64,000 nucleotides of DNA from Eledone cirrhosa. Taxonomy: Eukaryota. Below are positions 15,001-28,287 of the stretch, one piece after another. The stretch is from the NCBI GenBank assembly GCA_964016885.1, contig OZ024753.1, forward strand, positions 23,622,001 through 23,686,000, written 5' to 3'. The notes under the pieces are model-generated. The model was not told where the DNA came from. It did not search any database and saw only the letters and a program-made list of their open reading frames with translations. The translations under genes were made by a program, and so were the position numbers. Numbering within the stretch: the stretch's first letter is position 1; every line of letters begins with the position of its first letter.

Positions 15001-18000
15001 ATTGCTAGGTTAATGGGTAAATGTGAGAAAATGGATGACAGAGATTGCTAAGTTAAAGGGTAAAGGTGAGTAACTGGATGACAGAGATTGCTAGGTTAAT
15101 GGGTAAAAGTGAGTAAATGGATGACAGAGATTGCTAGGTTAATGGGTAAAAGTGAGTAAATGGATGACAGAATTGCTAGGTTAATGGGTAAAGGTGCGAA
15201 AATGGATGACAGAGATTGCTATGTTAATGGGTAAGGGTAAGAAATTTGATGACAGAGATTGCGAGGTTAATGGGTAAAGGTGTTAAAATGGATGAGAGAG
15301 TTTGGTAGGTTAATCGGTAAAGGTAGGAAATTGGATGACAGATATTGCTAGTTCAATGGGTAAAGGTGAGAAAATGGATGGCAGAGATCGCTAGGTTAAT
15401 GGTTAAAGGTGAGAAATTTGATGGCAGAGATTGCTAGGTTAATGGGTAAAGGTGAGAAAATGGATGAGAGAGTTTGGTAGGTTAATCGGTAAAGGTAGGA
15501 AATTGGATGACAGAGATTGCTAGTTCAATGGGTAAAGGTGAGAAAATGGATGGCAGAGATCGCTAGGTTAATGGGTAAAGGTGAGAAATTTGATGGCAGA
15601 GATTGCTAGGTTAATGGGTAAAGGTAAGAAAATGGATGACAGAGATTGGTAGGTTAATGTGTAAATGTTAGAAAATGGATGACAGAAATTGGTAGGTTAA
15701 TGGGTAAAGGTGAGACAATGGATGACAGAGATTGCTTGGATAATGGGTAAAAATGAGAAACTGGATGACAGAGATTGCTAGGTTAATGGGTAAAGGTGAG
15801 AAAATGGATGACAGAGATTGGTAGGTTAATGTGTAAATGTTAGAAAATGGATGACAGAGATTGGTAGGTTAATGGGTAAAGGTGAGACAATGGATGACAG
15901 AGATTGCTTGGATAATGGGTAAAAATGAGAAACTGGATGACAGAGATTGCTAGGTTAATGGGTAAAGGTGCGAAAATGGATGACAGAGATTGCTAGGCTA
16001 ATGGGTAGAGGTGAGAAATTGGTTGATAGTGATTGCTAGGTTAATGGGTAAATGTGAGAAAATGGATGACAGAGATTGCTAGGTTAAAGGGTAAAGGTGA
16101 GTAACTGGATGACAGAGTTTGCTAGGTTAATGGGTAAAAGTGAGTAAATGGATTACAGAGGTTGCTAGGTTATTGGGTAAAAGTGAGTAAATGGATGACA
16201 GATATTGCTAGGTTAATGGGTAAAAGTGAGTAAATGGATGACAGAGATTGCTAGGTTAATGGGTAAAGGTGAGAAAATGGATGACAGAGATTGGTATGTT
16301 AATGGGTAAGGGTAAGAAAATGGATGCCAGAGATTGCTAGGCTAATGGGTAAAGGTGAGAAAATGGATGACAGTGATTCCTAGGTTAATGGGTAAATGTT
16401 AGAAAATGGATGACAGAGATTGCTAGGTTAATGGGTAAATGTTACAAAATGGATGACAGAGATTGGTAGGTTAATGGGTAAAGGTGAGACAATGGATGAC
16501 AGGGATTGCTTGGTTCATGCGTAAAGGTGAGTAACTGGATGACAGAGATTGCTAGGTTAATGGTTAAAAGTGAGTAAATGGAAGACAGAGATTGCTAGGT
16601 TAATCGGTAAAGGTGGGAAATTGGGTGACAGAGATTGCTAGTTCAATGGGTAAATGTGAGAAAATGGATGACAGAGATTGCTAGGTTAATGGGTAAAGGT
16701 GAGAAATTTGATGACAGAGATATCTAGGTTAGTGGGCAAAAGTGAGAAATTTGATGACAGAGATTGCTAGGTTAATGGGTAAAGGTGAGAAAATGGATGA
16801 TAGAGATTGCTAGGTTAATGGGTAAGGCTGAGAATATGGATGACAGAGATTGCTAGCTTACTGGGTAAACCTGCGAAAATGGATGACAGAGATTGCTAGG
16901 TTAATGGGTAAAGGTTAGGAAGTGGATGACAGAGATTGCTAGGCTAATGGGTAAAGGTGAGAAAATGGATGACAGTGATTCCTAGGTTAATGGGTAAATG
17001 TTAGAAAATGGATGACAGAGATTGCTAGGTTAATGGGTAAATGTTAGAAAATGGATGACAGAGATTGGTAGGTTAATGGGTAAAGGTGAGACAATGGATG
17101 ACAGAGATTGCTTGGTTAATGGGTAAAGGTGAGTAACTGGATGACAGAGATTGCTAGGTTAATGGTTAAAAGTGAGTAAATGGAAGACAGAGAGTGCTAG
17201 GTTAATCGGTAAAGGTGGGAAATTGGATGACAGAGATTGCTAGTTCAATGGATAAATGTGAGAAAATGGATGACAGAGATTGCTAGGTTAATGGGTAAAG
17301 GTGAGACAATGGATGACAGAGATTGCTTGGTTAATGGGTAAAGGTGAGTAAATGAATTACAGAGGATGCTAGGTTAATGGGTAAAGATGAGAAAATGGAT
17401 GACAGAGATTGCTAGGTTAATGGGTAAAGGTGAGAAAATGGATGACAGAGATTGCTAGGTTAATCGGTAAAGGTGAGAAATTTGATGACAGAGATTCCTA
17501 GGTTAATTGGTAAAAGTGAGAAATTTGATGACAGAGATTGCTAGGTTAATGGCTAAAGGTTAGGAAATGGATGACAGAGATTGCTAGGTTAATGGGTAAA
17601 AGTAAGAAATTGGATGACAGAGATTGGTAGGTTAATGGGTAAAGGTGAGACAATTGATGACAGAGATTGCTTGGTTAATGGGTAAAGGTGAGAAAATGGA
17701 TGACAGAGATTGCTAGATTAATGGGTAAATATTAGAAAATGGATGACAGAGATTGGTAGGTTAATGGGTAAAGGTGATACAATGGATGACAGACATTGCT
17801 TGCATAATGGGTAAAGGTGAGAAAATGGATAAGAGAGATTACTAGGTTAATGGGTAACTGTTAATAAATGGATGACAGAGATTGCTAGGTTAATGGTTAA
17901 AAGTGAGTAAATGGATGACAGAGATTGCTAGGTTAATCGGTAAAGGTGGGAAATTGGATGACAGAGATTGCTAGTTCAATGGGTAAATGTGAGAAAATGG

Positions 18001-21000
18001 ATGACAGAGATTGCTAGGTTAATGGGTAAAGGTGAGAAAATGGATGACAGAGATTTGGTAGGTTAATGGGTAAAGGTGAGAAAATGGATGACAGAGTTTA
18101 GTTGGTTAATCGGTAAAGGTGGGAAATTGGATGACAGAGATTGCTAGTTCAATTGGTAAAGGTGAGAAAATGGATGGCAGAGATCGCTAGGTTAATGGGT
18201 AAAGGTGAGAAATTTGATGACAGAGATTGCTAGGTTAATGGGTAAAGGTAAGAAAATGGATGACAGAGATTGGTAGGTTAATGTGTAAATGTTAGAAAAT
18301 GGATGACAGCGATTGGTATGTTAATGGGTAAAGGTGAGACAATGGATGACAGAGATTGCTTGGATAATGGGTAAAAATGAGAAACTGGATGACATAGATT
18401 GCTAGGTTAATGGGTAAAGGTGAGAAAATGGTTGACAGAGATTGCTAAGATAATGGGTAGAGGTGAGAAATTGGTTGATAGTGATTGCTAGGTTAATGGG
18501 TAAATGTGAGAAAATGGATGACAGAGATTGCTTGGTTAAAGGGTAAAGGTGAGTAACTGGAAGACAGAGATTGCTAGGTTAATGGGTAAAAGTGAGTAAA
18601 TGGATGAAAGAATTGCTAGGTTAATGGGTAAAGGTGAGAAAATGGATGACAGAGATTGCTATGTTAATGGGTAAGGGTAAGAAAATGGATGACAGAGATT
18701 GCTAGGTTAATGGGTAAAGGTGAGAAAATGGATGACAGAGTTTAGTTGGTTAATCGGTAAAGGTGGGAAATTGGATGACAGAGATTGCTAGTTCAATTGG
18801 TAAAAGTGAGAAAATGGATGGCAGAGATCGCTAGGTTAATGGGTAAAGGTGAGAAATTTGATGACAGAGATTGCTAGGTTAATGGGTAAAGTTAAGAAAA
18901 TGGATGACAGAGATTGGTAGGTTAATGTGTAAATGTTAGAAAATGGATGACAGCGATTGGTAGGTTAATGGGTAAAGGTGAGACAATGGATGACAGAGAT
19001 TGCTTGGATAATGGGTAAAAATGAGAAACTGGATGACATAGATTGCTAGGTTAATGGGTAAAGGTGAGAAAATGGATGACAGAGATTGCTAGGATAATGG
19101 GTAGAGGTGAGAAATTGGTTGATAGTGATTGCTAGGTTAATGGGTAAATGTGAGAAAATGGATGACAGAGATTGCTAGGTTAAAGGGTAAAAGTGAGTAA
19201 CTGGATGACAGAGATTGCTAGTTCAATTGGTAAAAGTGAGTAAATGGATGACAGAGATTGCTAGGTTAATGGGTAAAAGTGAGTAAATGGATGACAGAGA
19301 TTGCTAGGTTAATGGGTAAATGTTAGAAAATGGATGACAGTGATTGCTAGGTTAATGGGTAAAGGTGTGAAAATGGATGACAGAGATTGGTAGCTAAATG
19401 GGTAAAGGTGAAAAATTGGGTGACAGAGATTGCTAGGTTAATGGGTAAAGGTGAGAAAATGGATGACAGAGATCGCTAGGTTAATGGTTAAAGGTGAGAA
19501 AATGGATGACAGAGATCGCTAGGTTAATGGTTAAAGGTGAGAAAATGGATGACAGTGATTGCTAGGTTAATGGGTAAAGGTGTGAAAATGGATGACAGAG
19601 ATTGATAGGTTAATGGGTAAAGGTGAGAAAATGGATGACAGAGATTGCTAGGTTAATGGGTACAGGTGAGAAATTGGTTGATAGTGATTGCTAGGTTAAT
19701 GGTTAAATGTGAGAAAATGGATGACAGAGATTGCTAAGTTAAAGGGTAAAGGTGAGTAACTGGATGACAGAGATTGCTAGGTTAATGGGTAAAAGTGAGT
19801 AAATGGATGACAGAGATTGCTAGTTAATGGGTAAAAGTGAGTAAATGGATGACAGAATTGCTAGGTTAATGGGTAAAGGTGCGAAAATGGATGACAGAGA
19901 TTGCTATGTTAATGGGTAAGGGTAAGAAATTTGATGACAGAGATTGCGAGGTTAATGGGTAAAGGTGAGAAAATGGATGAGAGAGTTTGGTAGGTTAATC
20001 GGTAAAGGTAGGAAATTGGATGACAGATATTGCTAGTTCAATGGGTAAAGGTGAGAAAATGGATGGCAGAGATCGCTAGGTTAATGGTTAAAGGTGAGAA
20101 ATTTGATGGCAGAGATTGCTAGGTTAATGGGTAAAGGTGAGAAAATGGATGAGAGAGTTTGGTAGGTTAATCGGTAAAGGTAGGAAATTGGATGACAGAG
20201 ATTGCTAGTTCAATGGGTAAAGGTGAGAAAATGGATGGCAGAGATCGCTAGGTTAATGGGTAAAAGTGAGAAATTTGATGGCAGAGATTGCTAGGTTAAT
20301 GGGTAAAGGTAAGAAAATGGATAACAGAGATTGGTAGGTTAATGTGTAAATGTTAGAAAATGGATGACAGAAATTGGTAGGTTAATGGGTATAGGTGAGA
20401 CAATGGATGACAGAGATTGCTTGGATAATGGGTAAAAATGAGAAACTGGATGACAGAGATTGCTAGGTTAATGGGTAAAGGTGACAAAATGGATGACAGA
20501 GATTCCTAGGTTAATGGGTAGAGGTGAGAAATTGGTTGATAGTGATTGCTAGGTTAATGGGTAAATGTGAGAAAATGGATGACAGAGATTGCTAGGTTAA
20601 AGGGTAAAGGTGAGTAACTGGATGACAGAGATTGCTAGGTTAATGGGTAAAAGTGAGTAAATGGATTACAGAGGTTGCTAGGTTATTGGGTAAAAGTGAG
20701 TAAATGGATGACAGAGATTGCTAGGTTAATGGGTAAAAGTGAGTAAATGGATGACAGGGATTGCTAGGTTAATGGGTAAAGGTGAGAAAATGGATGACAG
20801 ACATTGGTATGTTAATGGGTAAGGGTAAGAAAATGGATGCCAGAGATTGCTAGGCTAATGGGTAAAGGTGAGAAAATGGATGACAGTGATTCCTAGGTTA
20901 ATGGGTAAATGTTAGAAAATGGATGACAGAGATTGCTAGGTTAATGGGTAAATGTTAGAAAATGGATGACAGAGATTGGTAGGTTAATGGGTAAAGGTGA

Positions 21001-24000
21001 GACAATGGATGACAGGGATTGCTTGGTTCATGGGTAAAGGTGAGTAACTGGATGACAGAGATTGCTAGGTTAATGGTTAAAAGTGAGTAAATGGAAGACA
21101 GAGATTGCTAGGTTAATCGGTAAAGGTGGGAAATTGGGTGACAGAGATTGCTAGTTCAATGGGTAAATGTGAGAAAATGGATGACAGAGATTGCTAGGTT
21201 AATGGGTAAAGGTGAGAAATTTGATGACAGAGATATCTAGGTTAGTGGGCAAAAGTGAGAAATTTGATGACAGAGATTGCTAGGTTAATGCGTAAAGGTG
21301 AGAAAATGGATGACAGAGATTGCTAGGTTAATGGGTAAAGCTGAGAATATGGATGACAGAGATTGCTAGCTTAATGGGTAAACCTGCGAAAATGGATGAC
21401 AGAGATTGCTAGGTTAATGGGTAAAGGTTAGGAAGTGGATGACAGAGATTGCTAGGCTAATGGGTAAAGGTGAGAAAATGGATGACAGTGATTCCTAGGT
21501 TAATGGGTAAATGTTAGAAAATGGATGACAGAGAGTGCTAGGTTAATGGGTAAATGTTAGAAAATGGATGACAGAGATTGGTAGGTTAATGGGTAAAGGT
21601 GAGACAATGGATGACAGAGATTGCTTGGTTAATGGGTAAAGGTGAGTAACTGGATGACAGAGATTGCTAGGTTAATGGTTAAAAGTGAGTAAATGGAAGA
21701 CAGAGATTGCTAGGTTAATGGGTAAAGGTGAGAAAATGGATGACAGTGATTCCTAGGTTAATGGGTAAATGTTAGAAAATGGATGACAGAGATTGCTAGG
21801 TTAATGGGTAAATGTTAGAAAATGGATGACAGAGATTGGTAGGTTAATGGGTAAAGGTGAGACAATGGATGACAGGGATTGCTTGGTTCATGGGTAAAGG
21901 TGAGTAACTGGATGACAGAGATTGCTAGGTTAATGGGTAAAGGTGAGAAAATGGTTGACAGAGATTGCTAAGATAATGGGTAGAGGTGAGAAATTGGTTG
22001 ATAGTGATTGCTAGGTTAATGGGTAAATGTGAGAAAATGGATGACAGAGATTGCTTGGTTAAAGGGTAAAGGTGAGTAACTGGAAGACAGAGATTGCTAG
22101 GTTAATGGGTAAAAGTGAGTAAATGGATGAAAGAATTGCTAGGTTAATGGGTAAAGGTGAGAAAATGGATGACAGAGATTGCTATGTTAATGGGTAAGGG
22201 TAAGAAAATGGATGACAGAGATTGCTAGGTTAATGGGTAAAGGTGTGAAAATGGATGACAGAGTTTAGTTGGTTAATCGGTAAAGGTGGGAAATTGGATG
22301 ACAGAGATTGCTAGTTCAATTGGTAAAAGTGAGAAAATGGATGGCAGAGATCGCTAGGTTAATGGGTAAAGGTGAGAAATTTGATGACAGAGATTGCTAG
22401 GTTAATGGGTAAAGTTAAGAAAATGGATGACAGAGATTGGTAGGTTAATGGGTAAACGTTAGAAAATGGATGACAGAGATTGCTAGGTTAATGGGTAAAT
22501 GTGAGACAATGGATGACAGAGATTGCTTGGATAATGGGTAAAAATGAGAAACTGGATGACATAGATTGCTAGGTTAATGGGTAAAGGTGAGAAAATGGAT
22601 GACAGAGATTGCTAGGATAATGGGTAGAGGTGAGAAATTGGTTGATAGTGATTGCTAGGTTAATGGGTAAATGTGAGAAAATGGATGACAGAGATTGCTA
22701 GGTTAAAGGGTAAAAGTGAGTAACTGGATGACAGAGATTGCTAGTTCAATTGGTAAAAGTGAGTAAATGGATGACAGAGATTGCTAGGTTAATGGGTAAA
22801 AGTGAGTAAATGGATGACAGAGATTGCTAGGTTAATGGGTAAATGTTAGAAAATGGATGACAGTGATTGCTAGGTTAATGGGTAAAGGTGTGAAAATGGA
22901 TGACAGAGATTGGTAGCTAAATGGGTAAAGGTGAAAAATTGGGTGACAGAGATTGCTAGGTTAATGGGTAAAGGTGAAAAAATGGATGACAGAGATCGCT
23001 AGGTTAATGGTTAAAGGTGAGAAAATGGATGACAGAGATCGCTAGGTTAATGGTTAAAGGTGAGAAAATGGATGACAGTGATTGCTAGGTTAATGGGTAA
23101 AGGTGTGAAAATGGATGACAGAGATTGATAGGTTAATGGGTAAAGGTGAGAAAATGGATGACAGAGATTGCTAGGTTAATGGGTAAAAATGAGTAACTGG
23201 ATGACAGAGATTGCTAGGTTAATGGGTAAAGGTGAGAAAATGGATGACAGAGATTGCTAGGTTAATGGGTACAGGTGAGAAATTGGTTGATAGTGATTGC
23301 TAGGTTAATGGTTAAATGTGAGAAAATGGATGACAGAGATTGCTAGGTTAATGGGTAAAAGTGAGTAAATGGATGACAGAGATTGCTAGGTTAATGGGTA
23401 AAAGTGAGTAAATGGATGACAGAATTGCTAGGTTAATGGGTAAAGGTGCGAAAATGGATGACAGAGATTGCTATGTTAATGGGTAAGGGTAAGAAATTTG
23501 ATGACAGAGATTGCGAGGTTAATGGGTAAAGGTGAGAAAATGGATGAGAGAGTTTGGTAGGTTAATCGGTAAAGGTAGGAAATTGGATGACAGATATTGC
23601 TAGTTCAATGGGTAAAGGTGAGAAAATGGATGGCAGAGATCGCTAGGTTAATGGTTAAAGGTGAGAAATTTGATGGCAGAGATTGCTAGGTTAATGGGTA
23701 AAGGTGAGAAAATGGATGAGAGAGTTTGGTAGGTTAATCGGTAAAGGTAGGAAATTGGATGACAGAGATTGCTAGTTCAATGGGTAAAGGTGAGAAAATG
23801 GATGGCAGAGATCGCTAGGTTAATGGGTAAAAGTGAGAAATTTGATGGCAGAGATTGCTAGGTTAATGGGTAAAGGTAAGAAAATGGATAACAGAGATTG
23901 GTAGGTTAATGTGTAAATGTTTGAAAATGGATGACAGAAATTGGTAGGTTAATGGGTATAGGTGAGACAATGGATGACAGAGATTGCTTGGATAATGGGT

Positions 24001-27000
24001 AAAAATGAGAAACTGGATGACAGAGATTGCTAGGTTAATGGATAAAGGTGACAAAATGGATGACAGAGATTGGTAGGTTAATGTGTAAATGTTAGAAAAT
24101 GGATGACAGAGATTGGTAGGTTAATGGGTAAAGGTGAGACAATGGATGACAGAGATTGCTTGGATAATGGGTAAAAATGAGAAACTGGATGACAGAGATT
24201 GCTAGGTTAATGGGTAAAGGTGCGAAAATGGATGACAGAGATTGCTAGGTTAATGGGTAGAGGTGAGAAATTGGTTGATAGTGATTGCTAGGTTAATGGG
24301 TAAATGTGAGAAAATGGATGACAGAGATTGCTAGGTTAAAGGGTAAAGGTGAGTAACTGGATGACAGAGATTGCTAGGTTAATGGGTAAAAGTGAGTAAA
24401 TGGATTACAGAGGTTGCTAGGTTATTGGGTAAAAGTGAGTAAATGGATGACAGAGATTGCTAGGTTAATGGGTAAAAGTGAGTAAATGGATGACAGAGAT
24501 TGCTAGGTTAATGGGTAAAGGTGAGAAAATGGATGACAGAGATTGGTATGTTAATGGGTAAGGGTAAGAAAATGGATGCCAGAGATTGCTAGGCTAATGG
24601 GTAAAGGTGAGTAACTGGATGACAGAGATTGCTAGGTTAATGGTTAAAAGTGAGTAAATGGAAGACAGAGATTGCTAGGTTAATCGGTAAAGGTGGGAAA
24701 TTGGGTGACAGAGATTGCTACTTCAATGGGTAAATGTGAGAAAATGGATGACAGAGATTGCTAGGTTAATGGGTAAAGGTGAGAAATTTGATGACAGAGA
24801 TATCTAGGTTAGTGGGCAAAAGTGAGAAATTTGATGACAGAGATTGCTAGGTTAATGCGTAAAGGTGAGAAAATGGATGACAGAGATTGCTAGGTTAATG
24901 GGTAAAGCTGAGAATATGGATGACAGAGATTGCTAGCTTAATGGGTAAACCTGCGAAAATGGATGACAGAGATTGCTAGGTTAATGGGTAAAGGTTAGGA
25001 AGTGGATGACAGAGATTGCTAGGCTAATGGGTAAAGGTGAGAAAATGGATGACAGTGATTCCTAGGTTAATGGGTAAATGTTAGAAAATGGATGACAGAG
25101 AGTGCTAGGTTAATGGGTAAATGTTAGAAAATGGATGACAGAGATTGGTAGGTTAATGGGTAAAGGTGAGACAATGGATGACAGAGATTGCTTGGTTAAT
25201 GGGTAAAGGTGAGTAACTGGATGACAGAGATTGCTAGGTTAATGGTTAAAAGTGAGTAAATGGAAGACAGAGATTGCTAGGTTAATCGGTAAAGGTGGGA
25301 AATTGGATGACAGAGATTGCTAGTTCAATGGATAAATGTGAGAAAATGGATGACAGAGATTTGTAGGTTAATGGGTAAAGGTGAGACAATGGATGACAGA
25401 GATTGCTTGGTTAATGGGTAAAGGTGAGTAAATGAATTACAGAGGATGCTAGGTTAATGGGTAAAGGTGAGAAAATGGATGACAGAGATTTCTAGGTTAA
25501 TGGGTAAAGGTGAGAAAATGGATGACAGAGATTGCTAGGTTAATCGGTAAAGGTGAGAAATTTGATGACAGAGATTCCTAGGTTAATGGGTAAAAGTGAG
25601 AAATTTGATGACAGAGATTGCTAGGTTAATGGCTAAAGGTTAGGAAATGGATGACAGAGATTGCTAGGTTAATGGGTAAAAGTAAGAAATTGGATGACAG
25701 AGATTGGTAGGTTAATGGGTAAAGGTGAGACAATTGATGACAGAGATTGCTAGATTAATGGGTAAATGTTAGAAAATGGATGACAGAGATTGGTAGGTTA
25801 ATGGGTAAAGGTGAGACAATGGATGACAGACATTGCTTGCTTAATGGGTAAAGGTGAGAAAATGGATAACAGAGATTACTAGGTTAATGGGTAAATGTTA
25901 ATAAATGGATGACAGTGATTGCTAGGTTAATGGTTAAAAGTGAGTAAATGGATGACAGAGATTGCTAGGTTAATCGGTAAAGGTGGGAAATTGGATGACA
26001 GAGATTGCTAGTTCAATGGGTAAATGTGAGAAAATGGATGACAGAGATTGCTAGGTTAATGGGTAAAGGTGAGTAACTGGATGACAGAGATTGCTAGGTT
26101 AAAGGGTAAAGCTGAGTAACTGGATGACAGTGATTGCTAGGTTAATGGTTAAAAGAGAGAAATTGGATGACAGAGATTGGTAGGTTAATGGGTAAATGTG
26201 AGACAATGGATGACAGAGATTGCTTGGTTAATGGGTAAAGGTGAGAAAATGGATGTCAGAGATTGCTAGGTTAATGGGTAAATGTTAGAAAATGGATGAC
26301 AGAGATTGCTAGGTTAATGGGTAAAGGTGAGTAAATGGATTACAGAGGTTGCTAGGTTAATGGGTAAAGGTGAGAAAATGGATGACAGAGATTGCTAGGT
26401 TAATCGGTAAAGGTGAGAAATTTGATGACAGATATTCCTAGGTTCATGGGTAAAAGTGAGAAGTTTGATGACAGAGATTGCTAGGTTAATGGCTAAAGGT
26501 TAGGAAATGGATGACAGTGATTGCTAGGTTAATGGGTAAATGTTAGAAAATGGATGACAGAGATTGCTAGGTTAATGGGTAAAGGTGATAAAATGGATGA
26601 CAGAGATTGATAGGTTAGTGGGTAAAAGTGGGAAAATGGATGACAGGGATTACTAGGTTAATTGGTAAACGTCACAAAATGGATGGCAGAGATTGCTAGG
26701 TTAATGGGTAAAGGTGAGAAAATGGATGACAGAGATTGTTAGGTTATGGGTAATGGTGAGAAAATGGATGACAGAGACTGCTAGGTAAATGGGTAAAGGT
26801 GAAAAATTGGATGACAGAGATTGCTAGGTTAATGGGTAATGCTGCGAAAATGGATGACAGTGATTGCTAGGTTAATGGGTAAACGTTAGAAAATGGATGA
26901 CAGAGATTGCTAGGTTAATGGGTAAAGGTGAGAAAATGGATGACAGTGATTGGTAGGTTAATGGGTAAAGGTGTGAAAATGGATGACAGAGATTGATAGG

Positions 27001-28003
27001 TTAATGGGTAAAAATGAGAAACTGGATGACAGAGATTGCTAGGTTAATGGGTAAAGGTGAGAAAATGGATGACAGAGATTGCTAGGTAAATGGGTAGAGG
27101 TGAGAAATTGGTTGATAGAGATTGCTAGGTTAATGGGTAAATGTGAGAAAATAGTTGACAGAGATTGCTAGGTTAAAGGGTAAAGGTGAGTAACTGGATG
27201 ACAGAGATTGCTAGGTTAATGGGTAAAAGTGAATAAATGGATTACAGAGGTTGCTAGGTTATTGGATAAAAGTGAGTAAATGGATGACAGAGATTGCTAG
27301 GTTAATAGGTAAAAGTGAGTAAATGGATGACAGAGATTGCTAGGTTAATGTGTAAAGGTGAGAAAATGGATGAAAGAGATTGCTATGTTAATGGGTAAGG
27401 GTAAGAAAATGGATGACAGAGATTGCTAGGTTAATGGGTAAAGGTGAGAAAATGGATGAGAGAGATTGGTAAGTTAATCGGTAAAGGTGGGAAATTGGAT
27501 GACAGAGATTGCTAGTTCAATGGCTAAAGGTGAGAAAATGGATGGCAGAGATCGCTAGGTTAATGGATAAAGGTGAGAAATTTGATGACAGAGATTGCTA
27601 GGTTAATGGGTAAAAGTGAGAAATTGGATGACAGAGATTGCTAGGTTAATGGGTAAAGGTGAGAAAATGGATGACAGTGATTGGTAGGTTAATGGGTAAA
27701 GGTGAGAAAATGGATGACAGAGATTGCTAGGTTAATTGGTAAAGGTGAGAAAATGGATGATAGAGATTGCTAGGTTAATGGGTAAAGGTGAGAAAATGGA
27801 TGACAGAGATTGCTAGGTTAATGGGTAAAGGTGAGAGAATGGATGACAGAGATTGCTAGGTTAATGGCTAAAGGTGAGAAATTTGATGACAGAGATTGCT
27901 AGGTTAATGGAGAAAGGTTTGAAATGTATGACAGAGATTGCTAGGTTAATGGGTAAAGGTGAGAAATTGGATGACAGAGATTGCTAGGTTAATGGGTAAA
28001 TGT
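1..28003. repeat. Satellite A: 43-bp tandem array, consensus GATTGCTAGGTTAATGGGTAAAGGTGAGAAAATGGATGACAGA, about 650 monomers, continues past the left edge
   Basis: GGTTAATGG recurs at 2, 45 and onward with period 43, without interruption, up to GGGTAAATGT at about 28003. The + strand is strongly G/A-rich. Shared variant monomers recur at fixed offsets. Confidence 0.99.
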
Positions 28004-28287
28004 CCCCTTCAGTCTCGAATGACCTTGTTATTTGTACCAAAAAATCTGCCACGACCCCCGAGGCACAAGTCTGAGTAACGTGCTTTTCTGTCCTCTCCAC
28101 GCCACCAAAGTTGTTCAAAGGAAAGTCAATGGCCGTTATAGCTTGGCCTCTGTGAGATTTCAATTTTTGACTACAGTTGAATAAACTGGAGTAACGCGAA
28201 ATAAGAACGAAACACACCACCCGGTCGGAGAATCGAACTCATAACCTCATGATTGCAAGCTCTAGCCACTAAGCCATGCGCCTCCAC
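28004..28287 (-). mobile_element. tRNA-derived SINE, nearly full length, with its 3' end abutting satellite A
   Basis: The minus strand begins GTGGAGGCGCATGGCTTAGTGGCTAGAG. Pol III A box TGGCTTAGTGG at 28266-28276 and B box GAGTTCGATTC at 28230-28240. The body resembles a common octopus SINE as I recall it. Degenerate relatives lie at about 29240 and 31230. Confidence 0.8.

Noticed and set aside
1-28003. Telomeric origin or G-quadruplex role for satellite A (TAGG, TGGG, AAGG motifs)
   Set aside because: There are no true TTAGGG runs and mostly GG dinucleotides. The G-rich strand runs toward internal sequence, not toward the open end of the array.
28225-28287. tRNA gene
   Set aside because: A and B boxes are present, but there is no complete cloverleaf and the sequence continues into a SINE body.
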